Program-made: the position numbers and the translations under genes
Virus record (IMG/VR): IMGVR_UViG_3300020049_002596
Span: 31,513 to 95,512 of that record
DNA: 64,000 bases
DNA from: a virus
Taxonomy: Duplodnaviria; Caudoviricetes
Strand: one strand, 5' to 3'
Notes under the pieces: model-generated
Told to the model about the DNA's origin: nothing
Seen by the model: the letters and a program-made list of their open reading frames with translations, nothing else
Databases searched by the model: none
Shown: one piece after another, positions 38,278 to 50,200 of the stretch
Position numbering within the stretch: the stretch's first letter is position 1
Layout of the letters: each line of letters opens with the position of its first letter

Positions 38278-41200
38278 ATGTTTCCACCAAAAAAAAATCT
38301 AAGTAAATTTGCTCAAGCAAAACAAGAATTACAACAAGGTGATGAAGGAATTGCTGCTGGAGCAGGAACTGAGACAGGAGTAGGACTAAGTTTTGAGGAG
38401 TTGAGATCTCAAAGTACTTCTCAAAATAATATTAGCTCTCAATTGCTTTCTACTTATGTAGATAAAGGAGAAAGAGATAAGATTGAGTTTGAAAGATCTG
38501 AAGCTAAAAAAGAAATAGACAGGCTTGTTAAAGAAGAAGCTATAAAGAAAGATAGAGTTTTTTCTAAAGTAGCAGAGAAACATGGAATTGACAAAGCTTT
38601 TTCTGTGATGGACAATGCTGCAAAAATGAAGGAGCTTGAAGAAAAAGATTTTTTTACTGCATATTCAAGATATGCAGATGACTTTATAAGCTCTAAAGGA
38701 GTCAATGTTGCAAAACCTATTATAGCTATAGGAGGCTTTTTTGCTCACTTAGGTAATGATTTATTTAGTGATACTAGAATAGGTCTTAACAAAGCTGAGC
38801 AAAAACAATATGAGGCTTTAGCTAGTCAACAAAGAAAAGATTTACAACCTGCTTTAACAGAACTTAAAGCTCAATATGAGCAAGAGTTACAAAAAGCTGA
38901 AGACAGAAGAAAGCAAGCTACTTTAGCTCATGTTAAATCTCCTGAGTATATAAAATGGCAAAATGATCAAGCAGGTAAACTTAGAAAAGATTTAGATAGT
39001 GGGCCTACAGAGAGTTCTGATATGGATCTTGCTAGAAAAACTGCTATAAAATATGAAGACTTAATTACTCAAATTGATGATTATACTTCAGGTAAAGCAG
39101 GTTTTTGGGATGGTTTTGGCTCTCAAAAGAAAGACCTTCTTACTGTAGGTTTATATGGTTTAGCAGATGCTTTGACTGTGTCAAGTATAAAAGACAAAGC
39201 AGATAGAATCTATAAAGAGAAATCTCTTAATAGTAAAAACATTAACTATAGACCTAAAGAAAGGTTGACTGAAAATGAACAAGCTATCTTAGAAGCTGAA
39301 GGCCATGTACAAGAGTTAACTGCTAAAAACTTATTTGAAAACAAATTGGGATACACTTGGGGAACAGGTGTAGCTCAATCTACTGTTTCTATGGAAGCTA
39401 CTTTGCTTTCAGGAGGTTTTGCTGGAGCTGCAGAAGAAACTGTAGCTAATGCTATTGTTAAAGAATCTGCTAAGACTACTTTAAAACAAGCTTGGAAACA
39501 AGGTGGGACTAAATTAATGATGTCTAACCTAGGGGCTAAATCTGTAGGAGGAGCTACCAATGTTGCTATATCTTCTTTACTTTCTCCTGGTACCTACACT
39601 ATGGCTGCTAAAGCTAAGACAGGTAATATGGAATTTATTACTGATGAGAATGGTAAGCAAAAACTTTTAGTAGGAGAAGAAAGATACAACCATTATAAAA
39701 AAGACTTTAGCAAAAAAGCAGATCTTATTAGATATGACATTGCTGAATTAGAGAAAAAAGAAAAGAGAAGTGATAGTGAAAATGAAAGACTAGAAGGTCT
39801 TAAGGCAGGGTTAGAAAATATCACTGAAGAGTTTGACATTTTATACAAACCAAATAATTGGGGAGAATCATTGTGGTATGGTTTTTCTGAAAATGTAAAA
39901 GAGAATTTCTCTGAGAAATATGTAGGTGGGGCTTTACCAGGTCTTACCAATAACATGTTGATGAGAAATCTTGCTAAGACAAACATAGGTGGTAAAATTG
40001 CAAAAGGTATCTCTGCTACTGCAGATGATATTGCACAAAGTAAAGTAGGTAAAGCTCTTTATGCTCCTGTGAAAGGGTACAACTACTCAAGAAATGTTGT
40101 AAATAATTTATCACTTGGTAAATTATCAGGTAATGCTGTTGCTCATACTGGAAAAGCTAGTTTAATTCATAGTCTTCCTGGTGAGGTTGCAGAAGAGATT
40201 TGGAATCAATTCATGCCAACTTACAAACAAGATTATGCTGAACAATTAGAAACTTTAAAAGATTCTTCTTTCTATAGAGATACCATTGCTCAAACTTTAA
40301 TTCAAGGGGTAGCCTTTGGAGGTATTGGTATGGTAGGTAGAGGAAGAAACTACATGAATGATAAAGCTAGATTAAGAGAAATGTATAAAGCTCTTGATGC
40401 TTCTATCACTGATGATGATGTGGCTAACAGTATCCTTATGAATACTGGAGGAACTATTTATAGTCCTTTAGATTATGATCACAAAATTATGCAGTTAAGA
40501 CAAGAGAACACTGCAGACTCTCATACTAAAGCAGATAGACTTGAGCAAAACAAGTTTACTAATTTGGCTGCTATGGCTATTAGAACAGGTACTGTAGATT
40601 CTTTTAAAAAGAACCTAGAGGCTATTCAAAGTAAACCAGAAGTAAGTCTTTCTACTAAACAAAATGTTGCTCTAGCTCAAGCTAGAATAGATGGATTAAT
40701 GGAAGTGTACAACAAACATTCTGAGAAAGAAAACTTTGGCACTATCTTTAATTTATCAGAAAGAAAACTAGCTAATGATCAAACTGTAAAAGTTATTGAT
40801 GAAGAGTTAATGAAACAAAGAGAAGGAGCTAAAGAAGATATAGATGCTTTCATTGCAAGAAAAGGATTGAAAATTGATTATGATATTGACACTCTTTTGA
40901 CTAAAGAAGACTTTGAAACTCCTGAGCAAGAGAAAGAATACACAGCTTTTATTGAAGCCTTGAATGAAGAAAATCTTACAAGAGTAAACTTGTTTGGAGG
41001 ACTTCTTATGGAAAAAGCTGGTTTTCAAATGGATAACAATGAATTGAATAAACAAATCAATGACCAAACTAGTCCTGAGTATGAAGAAAGAGTAGAGACT
41101 AAAAAAGGTATTGAGCAAGTTTATGAAAAAACTTTAGCAGATTATCAGAATGATATTATCACTTCTGAAACTCCTGTGTTTGATTACAATAATAAATTAC

Positions 41201-44200
41201 AAGAGACTCCTGAATTAGTTGATGAAGCTATGGAAAGAGTTAAGAAACAGTACAAAGGTAGAGTCAATGAATCTTTCTTTGAAGAGGTTGCTAACAAAAG
41301 AAAAACTCTGTTAGAGTTAGAGCAACTTAAAAGAAAAGAAAAGTTAGAAATGGCTAACTTACAATCTCTTATAACAAAGAGAGCTGAGCAAGTTGATTCT
41401 CAAGATGCAGAGTTTGGAGATACTTTAGTTCCTCCTACTGCTACTGTTACTGTAATAGATGATATTGCTCAATCAGCTCACCAAAGTTTTGTACAATCTA
41501 GTGTAGACCAACTTGTAAATATTTTTCCTGTTGCAGCTACAGTACCTAATCCTACAAATGTGGGTGCACCTGCAGCAGTACAATCTATGCCTTTGAGAAT
41601 TATAGATAGTGAAGATGGTTTTAAAATTTGGAATGATAAGACTAATCTTTATGAAGAGGGTACTGATGCTAAAGGTATAGCACCATCTTATGCTACAGAA
41701 GCAGAAGCTCAAAAGAGATTACAAGAGTTACAAAATCCTAATGCCATTATCATTTCTGATAGTGAATTTGATTTGTCTATTGATACTAACAATACTTATA
41801 CACCTCAACAATTAGAAGCTACTAAAGCTTTTACTAAAGAATCTGTAGAAAGAATTGAAGAAAGATTAGGTAGAAGACCTTCTTTTAAAGAGTTTGCTGA
41901 GCAAACTTATAAGTATGCAGCTGACAAGAAAGCATTAAGAAATTTGTTTCCTCACATGATTAAAGGATGGCAAGAAAATGGTTATGAGTCTACAGACTTC
42001 CAATCTGTTTTCAATGATTTATTCAATCCTTATGAAGCAGCTGTGACTGACTATGTAAAAAATATGCAGAACATTTTTGAAGAAAATGTACCTGTTGAAG
42101 AAACAAGTCCTTACACAGAGTTCTCAGAACAATCAGCAAAAGTAGAAGAGCAACTTGTTAAAAACAATGTTACTACTATTGGGTATGATGAAGAGAATAT
42201 GGCCATAGTTCAAACTGCTCAAACTGAAGAAGAACTAAGAAAAAATATTAGCATTACTCCTAGAATAGGATATTCTGCTATGAGTTCTACTACAGTTAAT
42301 GAAGCTGGTGTAATTGAGACTGTTGCTGTAGGTACTGAATTAGCTCACAAAGAAGGAGATTTAATAGACCCAAGAGATTTAATTAATCCAAACTTATATC
42401 CAACAGGAACTAAAGTTTCTATTGAGATTGCTGACCCTTCTATTTGGAATAGAGTAGTAGCTACTAATGGTAGAGATGCTGAAGGAAATATTTTGTTTAC
42501 TACATTTGATAAATGGGTAGAAGAAAGAGAAAGAACTAACCCTAACTTTAAAGACACACAAGAATTTAGAGATAAGGTTCCTATGTTCTATACTGATGGT
42601 TCAGGTAAGAGATTAGGTTATGTACAAGAAGTAGATAAGTTTAATGCTTATACAATTAAAAATCCTGCTGGTAGTTCTAAAAATCCTGAAAATGCTGCTC
42701 AAGATGCTGTATGGTCTAATCATATTCAAAAAGGTATAGACAGTGCTAGAGCATTAAGAGAAAGCATTAATAATGGATTGAGAGAGGTTACCTTAACTAG
42801 AAGTAGTGAAGGACCTATTATTAAGATTCCAGAAACACAACCTAAGATTACTGCAAGAGAATCTAACCCTCAAGCTACTTTAGTAGTTCAAAGGGGTACT
42901 GATTTACATACAACTTTTGATAGTAAATTTGATGGTAAGATAATTGACAGACAATTATTTAGAGCAGGTTCAGGTGGTACCAATGGGCATACTTGGATGG
43001 TGTCTCAAGTAGGTACTGTTAAGAATGATAAAGGAGAACTTGTACCTCAATACAGAGCTTACCCTCTTCAAAGAGTTGTATCTGATGATCAAATTGAAAC
43101 AGCTAGATGGGCTGTAGCTGCTTATATGACTTTAGAAGGAAGAACTGAAAGTATTAAAGGTACTGAGTTTGAAATGACTAAAGAAAATGCTGAGAAGATT
43201 CAATCAGATATTAATAAGCACATGGGTTTCAATATTGAAAGTCATTTAGAATTAGTATCTTTTATTAAGACTTTCTTCCAAACTCCTATACAAGGAGATA
43301 GATTAGATTCTTACAAGAAAGTATTGTTTGACACAGAGACTTATCCTGATGTTAGACAACACACTAACTTAAAGTTACTTGGAAATAAGAAAGCTCAAGT
43401 AGTTTCTATTGTAAATGGTAAAGTATTTTCTACTAATAAAAACTATGAAGACTATCTAAAAGATACTTTAGAAACTAATATTAAATCTGTAAATGTAGGT
43501 ACAGAAGAAAAACCTGTATATGCTACAGTAGCTCAACCTACTTTCACTATTTCTTACACACCAGTTGTAGTAGAAACAGGAGCTCAACAAGTTGAAAATC
43601 AACAAGTTGAAAATGTAGAGTTGGCAAAAGAAATAGTTGCAGAACCTTTGAATATTGATAAGCATGTTGAATTATTAAACAATCTAGGTATTAGCTTAGA
43701 TGAGTTTGAACTTAATGATGACATGATTGAAGACACTTCTAAGTTAGCTAATTTGTTTAAAACAGTTGGTAACTTAAACATCCTTCAAGAAAAAGCTATC
43801 AGACAATTCATTGTACATAACATTGGAGAAAAAGTAAGTCTAGAGTATAAGTCAGCTGTATCTAAAGCTAAGTTAAAAGAAGACATTAAGAAAGAATTGG
43901 ACCCTATTTTAGTAGGTCTTCAATCTCAATTGAAATCTTTACTTGCTGAATTAGAAAACACTAACTCTACTGATGCTAGAGTAGCTCTATTAAAAGAAGC
44001 TTATGCAACTACTCTTAAGAATATTGCAGATGTTAAAGCAAATTTTACACCTTTATTTGAAAAAGCTTTTACTGATATTCAAAAACAAACTCAATTAGTT
44101 GAGAAAGAAAAAGAAACAGAAGCTACTAATACAGATGAAGAAACTCAGAATGTAAAAGATTATAACAAAGAGTCAATTGAAGAATCTGGAAAAGCTAAAG

Positions 44201-47200
44201 CTTCTTACAGACTTAGAAGATTCTTACATAAAATCAACAAGTATGATGCTAAAGGAGTTGCACAAACAACTTACTTAGGCTTACCATCTTACATGAGTTT
44301 TAATGATGTATACAATGAGTTAAGTAAAGTTCTTAGTATGGGTTCTGAAGTAGAGTCTGACTATGACAAACTAATTGAAAAATTAAAACAAAGTGAGTCT
44401 CCTTTTGTAAAAGATGTTCTTAATAAATTAGAAGGAGCTGACCAACAAATTAAGAATGAGTTTGTTTACAATTTTGTTAGACACACTTTATCTTCTAAGT
44501 TTGGTATGTATGAGAGTGGACCTAATGGAACTGTTCTTAAAATGTACAACACTAATGCTAATGAAGCATCTAGAATAATTAACAACAAGTGGAAAAATGA
44601 CAATATGGTTTCAGGTCTTTACAAAAAAGATGGGACTGTAGATGTTGCTTTTGCAGAAAATATGATAGAAGAGTTTAACTCTTGGGACAAAGACCACACT
44701 AAAGTAGCTCAAGCAGATTTAAGAAACTGGCTGAACAAATTAGGATTTAGTTTTCAAGATGCAGCTTGGGATCAAATATATCAAAAAGGTATTTTTAATG
44801 CTCAAAGAGATGTACCTTTCAAAGACTTGTACAACATAAATGCAGGAGGATTATTTGTACCTATTGTTGAGTTCTTAACTAAGGCTAAGAATGACCCTGC
44901 AGGTATGAAGTTTGATGTAAATACTAATGTGTTCTCTAATTTAGGAGGAGTAACAAAAGCTTTAAGTGCTGTTGAAACTAAATTCAACCCTAACTTAATT
45001 GCTTTATCTTTCAGAGACACAGGTAAGAATATTTCTACTCTTGTGCCTACAAAGTACATAACTGATATGGTTCAGAACTTAAAAAGATCTGCTGTTGACC
45101 AAAGTAATACTTTAATAGATGACTTACAGTCTTTATCTTTTTCAGAAGACTCTATTATTCTTGACTTATTGAAAAATGTGCCAGCTTTTAAAAGCATGTT
45201 CCAAGTACATCATGTTGCTTTGACTGCTATTAAAGAAAAAGGAGATAACCCAACTAAATCAAGTTTGACTGATTTGAGTGATACTGATTTTGATATGAAC
45301 TCTCTAGCAGGATTCCAAGACAGAAAGATAGACAAATTACCAGCAGGTACTAAAATTGATGGTGTAACTATGAGAATGGCACACATGCTTTCTCCTACTA
45401 TGTCTGATAAGAGTACAGGTTTGTATATGGAAACAGCTGTGTTTGATTTCTTAGCAGATAAATCATTACTTTTTAAAGTAGAAGAAGATGGTTCTATCTC
45501 AGGATTCAAAACTCAGTTGAAAGAGTTATTGTTTGATAGATTAGTTTTACCTGAACTTAAAAGAATTGTAAAATTTCATAGAGAAGTAGGTACAACTAAC
45601 ATCAAAAATTATGACAAAGGAGCTCAATTGTTTCACTTGTTACCTATAATGAATACTTTAAAAGCTGAAGATGGAGTAAGAATCATAGAGAAACTTGCTA
45701 GTCCTAACTTAAACTACACTATTGAAGAAGCTGTAGAAGAGTTCAGAGACACTTTCCAAAATGCTATTGAAGATGTTGTACAACAAGAAGTACAATTCAA
45801 GAAAGACTCATGGGCTGGTTATACTGAAACTAAAGGAGGAAAAACTACTTCTAAAATGTTTGATAAAAACTATTTTACAGAAGCAGGAAGAGACCCTTCA
45901 GTTGATTATGACTTAGCTGTAAATGATTTTGTATTGAACAACTTGTTATTCAATGCTGAAATGTTTAAAGTTTTTGCTGGAGATATTGCTTCTTACAGTC
46001 AAGATAAATTATTTGTAGAACAAAAAGTCAACAAAGAAACAAACAAAGAAGAAAAAACTAAAATCAATGCTTGGGATTTTTCTAAGGATGAATCTTATAT
46101 CTCTATAAACAAACAAATTGGTACCAACTTAGGTAAGAGGTTAGCTTTACTTATTGCCCCAGGTAATAAAATAGCTAACTCTAGAAATGAAGAGTACAAT
46201 CAAATCTTTTTGAATGATTCTATTGACATTGCTGAAAATGCTGAGTACTTAATTAAGAACTATTATGGAGAAGAGGCTGTGGCTAAGGCCACTCCTCTGC
46301 TTGAAAAACATGCAGTAGCTGCTAAGATAGTTGACAGATATGAGCAAGGTATTGTAGACATTAGCCCTGAGCTTTATGCTAAAGCTAAAAATGATATGAA
46401 AGAAGTCAGAGACACTTTATCTAAACAATATGCAGATTTATCTGCTTACTTTGATATTGAGTCTACTGATGCCCAGGAGTATTCAACAGCTGCAGAACAT
46501 GTTTCTATCTTACACAGAATGGGAAGACTTTCTGATAAGGAACTAAAAACTATCAATGATAAATTAGCTAAAGGAGAAGACTTGACTAAAGAAGAATTGA
46601 ATGTTGTTTTCCAACCTATTAAACCTGTTCATACAGGAACTTACATTAACAAAGACCAAGATGTAAACAGAGTTGTTTACATTAAGTCTTCTGCTTTCCC
46701 ATTGTTACCTCAGCTTACTGCAGGAACTAAGTTGGAAGGATTAAGAAATAAGATGGAAGAATTGGAAAAAAATACTGGTAGATTTACCAGAGCATCTTTC
46801 CAGACTGCTAACAAAGTTGGAGCTACTGTAAAAGCTATCAATCCTTTTGATGTACACTCTCTAAATGATATTAAAGAGTATGCACCTAATGATGCAGCAA
46901 GTTCTGTCTTAACTCTTAAAAGAGATAATTTTAGAATACAACAAGATGTACCTTTCAAATCTGATAAGGCTCAAGATGATAAAGTTTCTATGGGAACTCA
47001 ATTCTTCAAATTATTATTTGGAGATGGGATGATTGATGCTGAGAACTTTGAGATTGATGGTAAAAAATTAACAGGTAAAGAATTGTACCAACATTACAAT
47101 CAAGCTTTTAAAGATATTGTGGATAGCAAAAAAGCTGAATTGTTTTCTGAATTGGGCCTTGATGAAAAAGGAAAAGTAATTGACCAAAACCAATTCATGG

Positions 47201-50200
47201 TTAAATTGCAAGACCTTCTAATCAAGGAAGCAACTAGTAGAGGATACAGTGTGAAATCTTTAGCAGGTTTAAAACTTGAACAGTTACAAGCTAAAGCAGG
47301 TATCTACTATGAATTTAAAACTCCTCTATGGTTATCTTCAGATAGTAATAGATATGAGTCTTTATTGAATGCTATTATCACTAACAGAATTATGAAACAC
47401 AAAATGCCAGGTAATGGTTTTGTGGCAGGTTCTGAATCAGGGTTTAGCTTCAAAGAAAACTTAGAAGGAGTGGATAAGTCTAGAGTAATTTACTTAGACA
47501 ATTGGAATGGAAAAGAATTACAAGGTGTACACACTGAAGATGTAGATGGGGCACCTGTATTCAAAAAAGCTCAAGTTTTTGTACCTTCTAAATTTAAAGG
47601 TCCAGACAAAAAACTTATTGACTTATTTGAAGGATTCAATGGTAAAGAAGGTAAGTACATTATTAAAAGAGAGAATGGAACTTTAGGTTTAAAAGAAGGT
47701 ATGATAGATCCTGCCTTGTTTAATAACTTTAGTTTTAGAACTCCAACTTCTTCACATGTCTCTGGTTCTACTATTGAGATTGCTGGTATCTTACCTCCTG
47801 AAGTAGGTGACTTAATGATTGTACCTAAAAATTTTACTAAACAAAAAGGTCTTGACTATGATATTGATAAGGAATCAGCTTACCAATTAAATCATGTTAC
47901 TACTATTGATGGTAAAATTCAAGTGCTTACTAAAGAATATGCAGATTCTAAAATTCAAGAATTAAAAGATAAAATTGAAAAAGCTAACCTACAAAATACT
48001 TCTGCTTCTGCTAAGAGTAATTTTGCACAAGAACTTTTTAGAAGTTTTGTACAGGGTTCAGGCTCTCTTATAGATGAGGAGTCTTTGGAAACTTTACTGT
48101 TACCTCAATTAAGTATTGCTCAAAAATTAAGTAAAGTAGAAACAGAGTTAAAAAGAAAACTTGCTGAGAATGAATTTATTAAAACTCACTTAGCTGTATT
48201 TAACAATGCTGATGCTTCTGTTCAAAGTAAAATTAATAAAGTACTTTCTATAGACTTTGCTTCTAAACAAGCTGATTTAATAGAGAACTTGACTGCAGAA
48301 GGTATTAAGAATGCTGCTATTGCTAAACATAAAGAAAATAATCCTAACCTTTCTTTAAAAGAAGCAACTGAAATATATCAAAAAAGTTTGATGAACTTTA
48401 CTATGCTTACTAATAGCTACCAAAAAATGAAAATGGACTTAGGGTCTATTGGTAAAACTGCTATTGGAGTATATGCAAACTACACTACTTTTAATGGTTT
48501 ACTTCAACAAAATATCTCAGGTAAAGATGTCTTTATAATGGATGAGAATGGAGATCCTAAAGTTACTACTATTGGAAACTTCATTTCTACTGGTACTTTA
48601 GGTGTTCAAAAAACTCTTACTCCTACTACAAATAGTACAGTTTGGGCTAAAAATCACCAAAGAAGTACTGCTGAGGTATTTGCTGAGAAAGAGAATACAG
48701 CTACTGATAATGAGAAAGAACAAATCTTAGGTAGAGTAGGTGTTAATGAAGATACTATCAATGTAGATGCTTACCTTTCTTTATTAGGTTTTGACAAAGA
48801 TGAATTAGGTAACTCTATTTCTTACATGTTATTGTCTCAACCTGCTATTAAACAATTTAATAGTCAGAAGAAAGCTAGTAAAGGTATCTTAGGAGAATTC
48901 TTAAAACAAGATGAGCTTATTGCAGAGACTGTTTCGGCTTTATCTGAAGGTAGAATTACTTATAAACAAGTAGGAGAAGGAGCTAGTCTTAAATATCATT
49001 TTGTTGATGTAACTACAGGACAAATTGCTCAACCTGATGGCAAAGTATTGACAGGAGCTAATCTATTAGAAGGGGTTAAGTATAGTGGACAAGATGCTAA
49101 TACACAATTGCATTCATTCATGACTTATGTTCAAATAGAGAAAGAAGCTAGAGCTGTTTCTACTGTACAAAAAACTATCAATGCCAATACTTTAGGTAAG
49201 TCTATGATTGAATCTCAATTAAAATTTGAAGCTCTTAAAACTTTACCTGACAATGGTACTGTAAGTGGAGTAGAAAATCTTATTGGAGAGTTTACCAAGA
49301 CACAAGAAGGAAGACAAGATGGTGAGTGGATGGGTGAATACTATGTAACACCAACAACTCCTCAAGGTCAAATTGTTATCAATGGATTAAGATTAGGTAA
49401 CACTATGTATCAAGACTTCTTCCCTTACCAGGAACAAAGTATTGTAGATACAGTAAAAGAAATTCTTGCTATACAAGGTAAAGGAGATGTTTCAGATGCA
49501 GTTATTATTGAGAACTTTGAAGAGATTGTAGAAAGTATTAAAAAGTACATCTACTCTAGACAAGGTAACAATGTATTTGAAATGGATGCTAGAGCTAAAA
49601 GATTTGAATTGTTTAAAGATACAGATACTAATACTTCTTTATCTACTTACATGAAAGATCTTGTAGGGGCTAAGATTCCAGAATTTGCTAAAGGAATTAG
49701 AGTATTGTCTCAAAACCCATTAGTGAGAAGCTTTACCTATGAGTCTGCATTAGGAGAAAATGATTTCTCAGTAATCAAATACAACAATGCTGCTACAGAT
49801 AATCTTGATGAAGAAGAGTTATACAACTCTATTCCTGAATTAATCTTAATGGATACACCTTTACCTCCTAAAGATGGTAAACCTTATTCAACTAAGATGT
49901 TAGCTCAAGATTTAGTTTCTTATTCTTTCTTACAAGGTGGTGTGCAAAAAGCAACTGAATTTGTGAAATATGTTCCTGTAGAATATTTAGAAACTGTAGG
50001 TACTTATGAAACTCAAAAAGAGTTTGTAAATGGAGAAGTAGTTGAAAAACAAGTGTTTGTTCAAGCTAATAAAAAACTTCAAGGATTCAACTCTAAGAAA
50101 AACACAAGTATTGATATATTTGCTGTAGCTCTTGGTACAAATTCTGAAGGTCCTAGCATATTTACAAAACAATATTTCCAACACAATCCTAATAAGGCAC